From Macrostomum lignano (taxonomy: Eukaryota): a stretch of DNA of 64,000 bases. The stretch covers positions 559,095 through 623,094 of the forward strand of contig NIVC01000247.1 of the NCBI GenBank assembly GCA_002269645.1, in the 5' to 3' direction. Each line of letters opens with the position of its first letter. The first letter of the stretch is position 1. Below are positions 25,821-37,200 of this stretch, piece by piece. The notes beneath the pieces are model-generated. The model was not told the DNA's origin and searched no databases. It worked only from the letters and a program-made list of their open reading frames with translations. The position numbers and the translations under genes were made by a program.

Positions 25821-26270
25821 GTAGTCACCAGGGGTTAGCGGAATGGGGGCGGCAACGCCTCCTCGCTGTATCAGGATGCACCATAGATCTTATATTCCCT
25901 AAATAGACCACTTTGTATGGCGGTAATAGGGAAAGTGCGACCGCTGTTTTTCGTCACTTGTGCGAAAAAGCCGTTATGGGTTGCTTATAAATTTGAGTTC
26001 AGTAGCTTAGGGACATAGACGCTATTTTTGAGAATTTATCAGAACTTCTCATGGATTGAATAAAAAGCTACTCAATCAAACTAAAAATGATTCATGCACT
26101 GCAGAGACTACTGGCGAAATTGAGTTCAGTAGTTTATTTTTTTGCTGTCGCAAGAAGCAAAATTTTTTACATTATCTTCTATGGCCACATAAGTAATTAA
26201 TGAGTGGCCCATCTTGTGTATATATGAATGATCTTTGGGTTGCACGGAGCCCCCTGCAGCTGAGTTGAAT
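25821..26270 (+). mobile_element. Split remnants of the LINE 3' UTR (25821-25872 and 26245-26264)
   Basis: caggggttagcggaatggg...gcctcctcgctg and ggagccccctgcagctgag match 9100-9170 of the full-length element. Confidence 0.65.
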
Positions 26271-26889
26271 CTAATTTCATAGTTGCTGCAGGTTATTAAT
26301 TAGTTATTCAATCATGTTAGTTAGCACGCTTAAATACTCGTAATAAGCTTTGTAAACGAAAATAACTTAGAGTTTTTTTGTGAAAATGCGTTGCAAACAT
26401 TAAATTTTCAAGTTACCACAACGCGGAATTAAGTGAAATGTTTTGAGTTGCAGCAGTCGCATCTCCGAATAATTTTCTCTCACGTTAGGAGAGCGGCACT
26501 GAAGGATTTCAATGCGATCTCAAGGCACTGACGACCAGCCTTAGCATTAGGATTAAAATATTTGACAGAGTTTCATGACATTGAGTCACAATCGCAAAAA
26601 CTCTCCAATAGGAAAACCCGAAAACGAAAGGTTTCAAATTCAAAAGTCCATTGCAGTCATTGCAATCAATGAGTCACCACATTCCCATACCCGTGCTCGT
26701 TGATGCAGCAGCAGCTCTTCGGCAGGCTCCACCCCGCTCCCGCCGACGCCGCGGGTGTCGGAGCCGCTGTGGAGGCAGGCTGTGGCCACTGCAGCAGCGT
26801 TCCTGCCGGCCTCTGCACCCGCACGCAGTTGTCGACGTGACACCGAGAGCCGATTCTCGAGATCTTCAGCGGTTCGGACAACTGACTGC

Positions 26890-27675
26890 TCAGATTGCCA
26901 CGCGAAAACGGCCGACCCAGTCGCTGATCTTTAACACCTTTGAATGCTTGGTCTCGTCCACGGTGTGCACCAGATCGCCGTCCCTGTCGGATCTCTGCTC
27001 GCGGTAGTTGACCGACAGTACCACCTGTCCCAGCACGTCGATAGCCTTGCCGTTGTACGCGATGAGCTTCCTATTGGATGCTGCAGCGGCGCCTTGGTCC
27101 CGAGCTTCCGGTAGGTCCTCTCCGATAGAATGCACACTTTCGCGCTCGAGTCGACCAGCAGGCACAGCCAGCAGCCCTGGACTTTCAGCCGGCACCTGAT
27201 GTCGGGACTGGCAGTACCGCCCACGGTGAACACCTCACGGCTGCTCTCGTCTCCGACCTTGGCCATCTTGGTGCCCTGCGACCTGCACATCCTGCTAAAA
27301 TGGCTCTGCTTGCCACAGGAATAACAGGACTTGCCTTCAGCTGGACCATCCATCTCATCCATCATGCCGCCGAACTCGCACGAGCTGGCCATCGCGTACA
27401 TCGCTGCCACTAAGTCAGCGGTTTTCTCACCCTCGCAGTCGAAACCTGTAGCGCTCCGCCACCACTTTGATCTTGCCATCAAACTGCTCCTTCAGCAGCT
27501 TCACGGTCCTCATCAAATCATAGCGGTGTCTGTTCACCATCCAAATTCTGAGGTGGCGGTGTCTGCGTCGCAGTCAAGATCCGCTGTCCTTCAGCACCCA
27601 GGCAGTGCAGAAGCGATTGGCTCGCTTTTTCGCGTCTGGTAGAGTGTCGACGTCCGATGCCAAAAGTTAATTGTC
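26890..27675 (-). mobile_element. Degenerate Ty3/gypsy LTR retrotransposon gag-protease remnant with PBS
   Basis: Zinc knuckle CYSCGKQSHFSRMC, protease-like LLVDSSAKVCILS and LIAYNGKAIDVLG in shifted frames. On the minus strand ...TGACA (putative LTR end, 27672) is followed by TGGCATCGG (PBS-like, 27654-27662). Confidence 0.8.
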
Positions 27676-28443
27676 AAACAGGCTTATTCACATCCATTTC
27701 ACGGCCCGATTTGAGGCAGGAATTGCTCTAGTGGCAAGATGTTGATCGGTGGCACCTCCGATGTTCCAGAAGCTGTCGTTGACTGGGAGATTCCGAGCAC
27801 TGTGAAATTTTGCTATTTGGCGCTTGTTTACTTTGCAGTGGCGGCCTTCCTAGTAGTCTGGGCTGGCACTCGACTTAGTGAAAACTCCCGCGCTTAAACT
27901 CACCAAGGACTACTAGACTAGACTAGATCTAGTGTTCCTAGTGGTCCTTGACACTCACATCTAAAATGAGTTTCACACGAAGACACGTGAACACACGAAG
28001 AAGTAATCTTCCATCTTATTTTTCATTTCTGGTATTTTATCAACAAAGTCGTGAAGCCTCCTGGGAGAAATTCTCGGCTCAGATAAAAACCACCATTCTG
28101 CGAATTTTTCTGATGTCTTTAAAAATATTCTTCTCTTCGTAACGTTGCCTCCTACTGCGGCTCTTGGGCATTGTTCCCAGAAAGACAGTTGCCATGTGAT
28201 TCAGAGGATGACAACAGAACGGCGCTGTGTGTCAGTTCTTCTATCAGTGTTTGCTCATTAAAAAAACGATGACTTCTATACTTTATATGCCTTGGTTTCA
28301 CAATGCTCTGCAGTTTCAAGCAGAAAAACTAGGCTAGTTGAGCCAGTATCAGACTAAAAAAGAGATCTCAAAGATTTTGGCAGGTTGAAGCCTTGTCGCT
28401 TGTTGTCGCTGATGTCGCTGTCCACACAGGTTCAGGACGTCGC

Positions 28444-29140
28444 CTAGCTAGAAAGAGAGCGCCAGCTCCAGTTCCAGCCGATATTGCAGCCAAGCGTCAG
28501 AAACTTCAACCATAGGACCAATGGGTCCGTAGGGTCCCATCGAGCCGCCAGGGCCGCCCATGCCCTTGGGTCCTGGGCCGTCGCCGCCGCCAGCCCCAGC
28601 AGGACTCTTGGAGGGCTTTGAAGACGCGGCCTGCGGCTGCTTTCGTGCTGCTGCTGCTGCTGCAACTTCGGTCCGCTGCCGCCGCCCATCATGGGTCCCA
28701 TCATGGGACCCCAGGGCCCCATGGCACCGTCTGACATCATCATAGCGCCGGGAGGGCCGCCCATGTTGGCCTCCATGCCGCGACTGCTGCTGCTCGCGAA
28801 GGTGCGCGCTGGCCAGCTCCTCCTTGGTGAGGCCTTTCTTCACGTCCGTGATGCTGACTGAGCCTCCAGCGCGCAGCAGGTGAGGCTTGTACAGCATCAC
28901 TTTGTCCACGGGGTCATAGTCATCGAACACGACGAAGCCGAAGCCGCGACTGACTCCCGTGGCGTCGACAATGGTGCCGTAGGCTGAGAAAGTCCCGCAG
29001 CTGCTGGTCGGTGACGTCCTTGCGAAGAGCGCCGACAAGCAGCTTCTTGGTGGTGATGTGCGCCTCCGGGTTGTTGGCTTCTTCGCGGGGCATCGCGCGC
29101 TTCGTCTCGACCTGGGGCGATTTGGGGGCGATTTTTTTGA
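28444..29140 (-). pseudogene. hnRNP A/B-like fragment (end of RRM1, RRM2, Gly/Met/Pro-rich tail), frameshifted and without visible introns
   Basis: VETKRAMPREE...HITTKKLLVG, SRGFGFVVFDDYDPVDKV and DVKKGL motifs match hnRNP A1-type RRMs; GGPPGAMMM...GPMMG tail. Confidence 0.8.
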
Positions 29141-29168
29141 GCGATTTCCAGTGCCAGTTCAGGCGATT

Positions 29169-30036
29169 CAGTTAACCAGCTCTGCTCAGCAGGCAGTTGA
29201 GCAGCAGATTCTGAGCCAGTTAACCAGCTCTGCTCAGCAGGCAGTTGAGCAGCAGATTCTGAGCCAGTTAACCAGCTCTGCTCAGCAGGCAGTTGAGCAG
29301 CAGATTCTGAGCCAGTTAACCAGCTCTGCTCAGCAGGCAGTTGAGCAGCAGATTCTGAGCCAGTTAACCAGCTCTGCTCAGCAGGCAGTTGAGCAGCAGA
29401 TTCTGAGCCAGTTAACCAGCTGTGCTCAGCAGGCAGTTGAGCAGCAGATTCTGAGCCAGTTAACCAGCTCTGCTCAGCAGGCAGTTAAGCAGCAGATTCT
29501 GAGCCAGTTAACCAGCTCTGCTCAGCAGGCAGTTGAGCAGCAGATTCTGAGCCAGTTAACCAGCTCTGCTCAGCAGGCAGTTGAGCAGCTGATTCTGAGC
29601 CAGTTAACCAGCTCTGCTCAGCAGGCAGTTAAGCAGCAGATTCTGAGCCAGCTAACCAGCTCTGCTCAGCAGGCAGTTGAGCAGCAGATTCTGAGCCAGT
29701 TAACCAGCTCTGCTCAGCAGGCAGTTGAGCAGCTGATTCTGAGCCAGTTAACCAGCTCTGCTCAGCAGGCAGTTGAGCAGCAGATTCTGAGCCAGTTAAC
29801 CAGCTCTGCTCAGCAGGCAGTTGAGCAGCTGATTCTGAGCCAGTTAACCAGCTCTGCTCAGCAGGCAGTTGAGCAGCAGATTCTGAGCCAGTTAACCAGC
29901 TCTGCTCAGCAGGCAGTTGAGCAGCAGATTCTGAGCCAGCTAACCAGCTCTGCTCAGCAGGCAGTTGAGCAGCTGATTCTGAGCCAGTTAACCAGCTCTG
30001 CTCAGCAGGCAGTTAAGCAGCAGATTCTGAGCCAGC
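29169..30036. repeat. 48-bp tandem repeat, ~18 copies
   Basis: cagttaaccagctctgctcagcaggcagttgagcagcagattctgagc. Confidence 0.96.
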
Positions 30037-30051
30037 TCCGGCACCCTGACA

Positions 30052-30500
30052 TCTAGAGGGTGTCAGATGGGGCTCCAATCTAGAGGGTGTCAGATGGGAC
30101 TCCAATCTAGAGGGTGTCAGATGGGACTCCAATCTAGAGGGTGTCAGATGGGGCTCCAATCTAGAGGCTGTCAGATGGGGCTCCAATCTGGAGGGTGTCA
30201 GATGGGGCTCCAATCTAGAGGGTGTCAGATGGGGCGCCAATCTAGAGGATGCCAGATGGGGCGCCAATCTAGAGGGTGTCAGATGGGACACCAATCTAGA
30301 GGGTGTCAGATGGGGCGCCAATCTAGAGGGTGCCAGATGGGACACCAATCTAGAGGGTGTCAGATGGGGCGCCAATCTAGAGGGTGCCAGATGGGACACC
30401 AATCTAGAGGGTGTCAGATGGGGCGCCAATCTAGAGGGTGCCAGATGGGGCGCCAATATAGAGGGTGTCAGATGGGGCTCAAATCTAGAGGGTGTCAGAT
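30052..30500. repeat. 27-bp minisatellite, ~16 copies
   Basis: gggg(ct/cg)ccaatctagagggtgtcagat. Confidence 0.95.
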
Positions 30501-30607
30501 AAGAACTACAAGCTAGTCGTTGGTGTCAAGTCGCACCAATCTTCCTTGTCAGAGGACTTCAATCTCAAGTTTCGATGATGCAATTGCTGACACAAAAGCC
30601 AATTTCT

Positions 30608-30937
30608 GATGGTGACTGTAGGGATGGTGACTGTAGGGATGGTGACTGTAAAGATGGTGACTGTAGGGATGGTGACTGTAGGGATGGTGACTGTAGGGAT
30701 GGTGACTGTAGGGATGGTGACTGTAGGGATGGTGACTGCAAGGATGGTGACTGTAGGGATGGTGACTGTAGGGATGGTGACTGTAGGGATGGTGACTGTA
30801 GGGATGGTGACTGTAGGGATGGTGACTGCAAGGATGGTGACTGTAGGGATGGTGACTGTAGGGATGCTGACTGTAGGGATGGTGACTGTAGGGATGGTGA
30901 CTGTAGGGATGGTGACTGTAGGGATGGTGACTGTAGA
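30608..30937. repeat. 15-bp minisatellite, ~22 copies
   Basis: gatggtgactgtagg. Confidence 0.96.
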
Positions 30938-32229
30938 GACTGTCTGATACATGCATCTGATTTGTCTCCCTGATTCATGTTGTCTAAAACTAATGATGCA
31001 GCTTCTGTCCCAATGCTTCATTGATTGAAGTTGGCGGAAGCAACTGTACTTCAATCTCTGTGGCTTCCATAAAAGAAACGTAAGTGACCAATTGGTACAG
31101 CTCCACTAACAACCAATCCATTCCATCAGATTTTTATAGCTCTACTAAAAACCAATCCATTCCACTAGAGAGCCTGAGAAGTGGGCCTTTATGATGGAGA
31201 ATCGCCTCTGGCCAATCGCACTGAATCGAACCACAGTTCATGCAATTTTTCGTTTTTTTCGAAGACGCATTTCGGCTGAGCTGCTCAGCCTCTCAACTGC
31301 AGTCTCGGGCTTCATCAGTTGTTTACCATTAAAGTGCAGCCGAGCTCTGGCAGCCTATCTCTCTTCTATCCAGCTCTCGGCCGCAGCAATGCACTGCATT
31401 TTGCAGTCCTGCTAACAATGGCTGTTAACAATAGTTATTTATGACAGAATAACGCAGTCTTGAGGCGTATAGGGAGCGGGTGGGTAGAGAGGCCAGCTCA
31501 AACTCAAGCAGCAATTATCTCTGCTCGCTCGCTATTCTCAGGCCAGCACACGGCTCTGCCAGCCTCCCTGCGGTTTAAAGGCCAGCTCTGTCCAGGCTTT
31601 GCGGTTGCCGGGGGCAACCAGCAGTGCTGTACTCAGTCTGTTTTGAGTAGTCAGCTGGGTGGGGCTGCATTCTAGCTGGACTTGTTTATTGCATCTGAGA
31701 CAGGGGTTACGGGGGGTTGGGTGGTTCGAGAGGCCAGTATGGGGTGATTACGAACTCGAAAAGTTTTCTCTTTGCCAGCTTGTATCACGCCAGACTATCG
31801 CACTGCGAGTGCTGAGCTGGGTGGGGCCGTTCCAGATGAAGGTCAGAGACTGCGAGCGCATTTTCAGTGATTTGTTTTTGCAATGTTGCCTCAGGCGCTG
31901 CTCTTCAGCTGCAGTGTCTGGAGCGGCAGGTCAAGACAAGATTTTGGCGCTGCGGTTTCTTAAACAGCAGAACGCATATAAATCAGAGATGAAGCGCATC
32001 TGCAGGCTCTTAAATAAATCAGTATTCACAGGAGCGCTGCGGGCTCTCTGGCGCAACGCTTTCGGCGGCATCGTGACGCAACCAGTGCTGACGGCGACTC
32101 CTGAGCCATGCAAGCGCGCCAATGCTGTACGCACGCACAGCACTCATGCACACGCTCACACAGGGTGTACAGCGGCTCCGACTTTCTTATCCTGTCAGGC
32201 ATGTACACTTTCTGTGCCTTGGGGGCCGG

Positions 32230-32365
32230 CCGGCTGCGAATCACACTAAAACTCATTGGGCCAAATTTTCCTGCTCACACAAGCCCGAGTGAGTGCGGCC
32301 GCGCTCGGAATCGAACCCAGGGTCACGGTGGGAGAATCCGGCGAGTTTGGCGCTGCTCTGCCCGT
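32230..32365 (-). mobile_element. Probable tRNA-derived SINE fragment
   Basis: Minus-strand B-box GGGTTCGATTCC at 32307-32318; the A-box is weak. Confidence 0.4.
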
Positions 32366-32419
32366 GTTCGCAAACCCTTTGCTCAAATTCAGTTGCAATT
32401 CAACTAATCCGACTGGGAG

Positions 32420-32915
32420 CGCCCCTGTCTCTTGCCGGGCACCCCTGTCTCTTGCCGGGTACCCCTGTCTCTTGCCGGGCACCCCTGTCTCTTGCCGGGC
32501 ACCCCTGTCTCTTGCCGGGCACCCCTGTCTCTTGCCGGGCACCCCTGTCTCTTGCCGGGCGCCCCTGTCTCTTGCCGGGCACCCCTGTCTCTTGCCGGGT
32601 ACCCCTGTCTCTTGCCGGGCAATCCTGTCTCTTGCCGGGCACCCCTGTCTCTTGCCGGGCGCCCCTGTCTCTTGCCGGGCACCCCTGTCTCTTGCCGGGC
32701 ACCCCTGTCTCTTGCCGGGCACCCCTGTCTCTTGCCGGGCGCCCCTGTCTCTTGCCGGGCACCCCTGTCTCTTGCCGGGCGCCCCTGTCTCTTGCCGGGC
32801 ATCCCTGTCTCTTGCCGGGCACCCCTGTCTCTTGTCGAGCACCCCTGTCTCTTGCCGGGCACCCCTGTCTCTTGCCGGGCATCCCTGTCTCTTGCCGGGC
32901 ACCCCTGTCTCTTGC
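32420..32915. repeat. 20-bp minisatellite GGGC(A/G)CCCCTGTCTCTTGCC, ~25 copies
   Basis: Read directly; the unit is nearly the same as the right part of the 16310-17010 array. Confidence 0.96.
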
Positions 32916-33556
32916 CACAGAGGCCGGTTGCCACCTGTTCAAAACATGAAACAGAAGGAGCGGCAGTGATGAGAGGCTTCTGCAGAAAAGCGAAAGAATT
33001 TCAATATTATTGCCGCTAAATGCACTCGCCTAATTCAACCCAGCAGACTCTCAACTGCCTGAGCTGCGCACGAGAGGAACAGGTGAAAGCATAGGAGAGT
33101 CGGGAGAGAGCCAGAGCCCTGTTGCCAGCCAGCCAATGCTCTGCAGCTGCTGCAGTTACGAAGGCCAGTGGGCAGAGTGAGAGAGAAAACTGGCCCAGTT
33201 TAGCAATGCATTTTCTGTACATTTGACCGCCTCCTCAAACCGATGCACTGCGGGACTGAGCAGCATTTTACACCGCTCAGTGGGCCATTAAATGCATTTA
33301 AAGATCTCACACTGCACTCAGGCACAATGGGTCAGCTCAGCCTCATCAAGTACACCTTGGGGTGGCCGCTGCAGCCGCAGTCTCTCCGTTGCCATGCTGG
33401 GTGCACAGAGGCAAAAGCGCTCACGCTCGGGAGAGAAGTTTCGGTTGCTGAGGCCGGGTGGTCAAGGGGTGGCCTCGCCAGAGGCTGCAAAAATGTGAGC
33501 AGCTGAGGAATGAGGCGTTAAAAATTTTCTGGCAACCCGCTGCACAAACCTTTGAA

Positions 33557-34130
33557 ACACCTGCCACTCTGACAGCAGCCGTGACTGACATCTGCCACTC
33601 TGACAGCAGCCGTGACTGACATCTTCCACTCTGACAGCAGCCGTGACTCACATCTGCCACTCTGACAGCAGCCGTGACTGACATCTTCCACTCTGACCGC
33701 AGCCGTGACTGACAATTGCCACTCTGACAGCAGCCGTGACTGACACCTGCCACTCTGACAGCAGCCGTGACTGACATCTGCCACTCTGACAGCAGCCGTG
33801 ACTGACATCTGCCACTCTGACAGCAGCCGTGACTGACATCTTCCACTCTGACAGCAGCCGTGACTGACATCTTCCACTCTGACAGCAGCCGTGACTGACA
33901 TCTGCCACTCTGACAGCAGCCGTGACTGACATCTTCCACTCTGACAGCAGCCGTGACTGACATCTGCCACTCTGACAGCAGCCGTGACTGACATCTGCCA
34001 CTCTGACAGCAGCCGTGACTCACATCTGCCACTCTGACAGCAGCCGTGACTGACATCTGCCACTCTGACAGCAGCCGTGACTGACATCTGCCACTCTGAC
34101 AGCAGCCGTGACTGACATCTGCCACTCTGA
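33557..34130. repeat. 31-bp minisatellite ending ~90 bp upstream of the ankyrin-cGLR start codon
   Basis: ctgccactctgacagcagccgtgactgacat, ~18 copies. Confidence 0.96.
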
Positions 34131-34221
34131 CATCTTGTTTCCCTCTTCCTCCCTCTTTCTCCCTTCCTCTCTCTTATTTTCTCCTACTAGACTTTTCTTA
34201 TCCATACCGCTCTCCAGAACA

Positions 34222-37200
34222 ATGGGCCAAAATCAAAGCCGACATAAGCAAGCGACCACCGAAAACATTACTGCTGCAGCACGGAAAGGTCGCTTTCAAG
34301 ACGTCAAGTTTCTCCTCTCACAAATCAATGACCAATCAAACAGGGACACCTGCTGCATCAAAGCTGCCGAAAATGCTGCAGACAATGGTCACTTTGAAAT
34401 CGTCAAGTTTCTCCTCTCACAAATCAATGACCAATCAAACAGGGACACCTGCTGCATCAAAGCTGCCGAAAAAGCTGCACTCCGTGGTCACTTTGAAATC
34501 GTCAAGTTTCTCCTCTCACAAATCAATGACCAATCAAACAGGGACACCTGCTGCATCAAAGCTGCCGAAAATGCTGCAAACAATGGTCACTTTGAAATCG
34601 TCAAGTTTCTCCTCTCACAAATCAATGACCAATCAAACAGGGACACCTGCTGCATCAAAGCTGCCGAAAATGCTGCAAACAATGGTCACTTTGAAATCGT
34701 CAAGTTTCTCCTCTCACAAATCAATGACCAATCAAACAGGGACACCTGCTGCATCAAAGCTGCCGAAAATGCTGCACTCCGTGGTCACTTTGAAATCGTC
34801 AAGTTTTTCCTGTCACAAATCAATGACCAATCAAACAGGGACACCTGCTGCATCAAAGCTGCCGAAAAGCTGCACTCCGTGGTCACTTTGAAATCGTCAA
34901 GTTTCTCCTCTCACAAATCAATGACCAATCAAACAGGGACACCTGCTGCATCAAAGCTGCCGAAAATGCTGCAAACAATGGTCACTTTGAAATCGTCAAG
35001 TTTCTCCTCTCACAAATCAATGACCAATCAAACAGGGACACCTGCTGCATCAAAGCTGCCGAAAATGCTGCAATGGTCACTTTGAAATCGTCAAGTTTCT
35101 CGTCCCACAAATCAATGACCAATCAAACAGGGACACCTGCTGCATCAAAGCTGCCGAAAATGCTGCAAACAATGGTCACTTTGAAATCGTCAAGTTTCTC
35201 CTCTCACAAATCAATGACCAATCAAACAGGGACACCTGCTGCATCAAAGCTGCCGAAAATGCTGCACTCCGTGGTCACTTTGAAATCGTCAAGTTTCTCC
35301 TCTCACAAATCAATGACCAATCAAACAGGGACACCTGCTGCATCAAAGCTGCCGAAAATGCTGCACTCCGTGGTCACTTTGAAATCGTCAAGTTTCTCCT
35401 CTCACAAATCAATGACCAATCAAACAGGGACACCTGCTGCATCAAAGCTGCCGAAAATGCTGCACTCCGTGGTCACTTTGAAATCGTCAAGTTTCTCCTC
35501 TCACAAATCAATGACCAATCAAACAGGGACACCTGCTGCATCAAAGCTGCCGAAAATGCTGCAGACAATGGTCACTTTGAAATCGTCAAGTTTCTCGTCC
35601 CACAAATCAATGACCAATCAAACAGGGACACCTGCTGCATCAAAGCTGCCGAAAAGCTGCACTCCGTGGTCACTTTGAAATCGTCAAGTTTCTCCTCTCA
35701 CAAATCAATGACCAATCAAACAGGGACACCTGCTGCATCAAAGCTGCCGAAAATGCTGCACTCCGTGGTCACTTTGAAATCGTCAAGTTTCTCCTCTCAC
35801 AAATCAATGACCAATCAAACAGGGACACCTGCTGCATCAAAGCTGCCGAAAATGCTGCAGACAATGATCACTTTGAAATCGTCAAGTTTCTCGTCCCTCA
35901 AATCAATGACCAATCAAACAGGGACACCTGCTGCATCAAAGCTGCCGAAAAAGCTGCAAAAGATGATGACTTTGAAAGCGTCAAGTTTCTCCTCTCACAA
36001 ATCAATGACCAATCAAACAGGGACACCTGCTGCATCAAAGCTGCCGAAAATGCTGCAAAGAAGGGTCACTTTGAAATCGTCAAGTTTCTCCTCTCACAAA
36101 TCAATGACCAATCAAACAGGGACACCTGCTGCATCAAAGCTGCCGAAAATGCTGCACTCCGTGGTCACTTTGAAATCGTCAAGTTTCTCCTCTCACAAAT
36201 CAATGACCAATCAAACAGGGACACCTGCTGCATCAAAGCTGCCGAAAATGCTGCACTCCGTGGTCACTTTGAAATCGTCAAGTTTCTCCTCTCACAAATC
36301 AATGACCAATCAAACAGGGACACCTGCTGCATCAAAGCTGCCGAAAATGCTGCACTCCGTGGTCACTTTGAAATCGTCAAGTTTCTCCTCTCACAAATCA
36401 ATGACCAATCAAACAGGGACACCTGCTGCATCAAAGCTGCCGAAAATGCTGCAGACAATGGTCACTTTGAAATCGTCAAGTTTCTCTCCACAAATCAATG
36501 ACCAATCAAACAGGGACACCTGCTGCATCAATGCCGCCGAAAAAGCTGCACTCCGTGGTCACTTTGAAATCGTCAAGTTTCTCCTCTCACAAATCAATGA
36601 CCAATCAAACAGGGACACCTGCTGCATCAAAGCTGCCGAAAATGCTGCACTCCGTGGTCACTTTGAAATCGTCAAGTTTCTCCTCTCACAAATCAATGAC
36701 CAATCAAACAGGGACACCTGCTGCATCAAAGCTGCCGAAAATGCTGCAGACAATGATCACTTTGAAATCGTCAAGTTTCTCGTCCCTCAAATCAATGACC
36801 AATCAAACAGGGACACCTGCTGCATCAAAGCTGCCGAAAAAGCTGCAAAAGATGATGACTTTGAAAGCGTCAAGTTTCTCCTCTCACAAATCAATGACCA
36901 ATCAAACAGGGACACCTGCTGCATCAAAGCTGCCAAAAATGCTGCAAAGAAGGGTCACTTTGAAATCGTCAAGTTTCTCCTCTCACAAATCAATGACCAA
37001 TCAAACAGGGACACCTGCTGCATCAAAGCTGCCGAAAATGCTGCACTCCGTGGTCACTTTGAAATCGTCAAGTTTCTCCTCTCACAAATCAATGACCAAT
37101 CAAACAGGGACACCTGCTGCATCAAAGCTGCCGAAAATGCTGCAGACAATGGTCACTTTGAAATCGTCAAGTTTCTCGTCCCACAAATCAATGACCAATC

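Noticed and set aside
29058-34125. Repetitive ORFs such as (QLTSSAQQAVEQQILS)n, (DGDCR)n, (PARDRGARQETG)n and (SHGCCQSGRCQ)n
   Set aside because: Each array is open in several frames and lacks splice or start context. The collagen-, metallothionein- or mucin-like appearance is coincidental.
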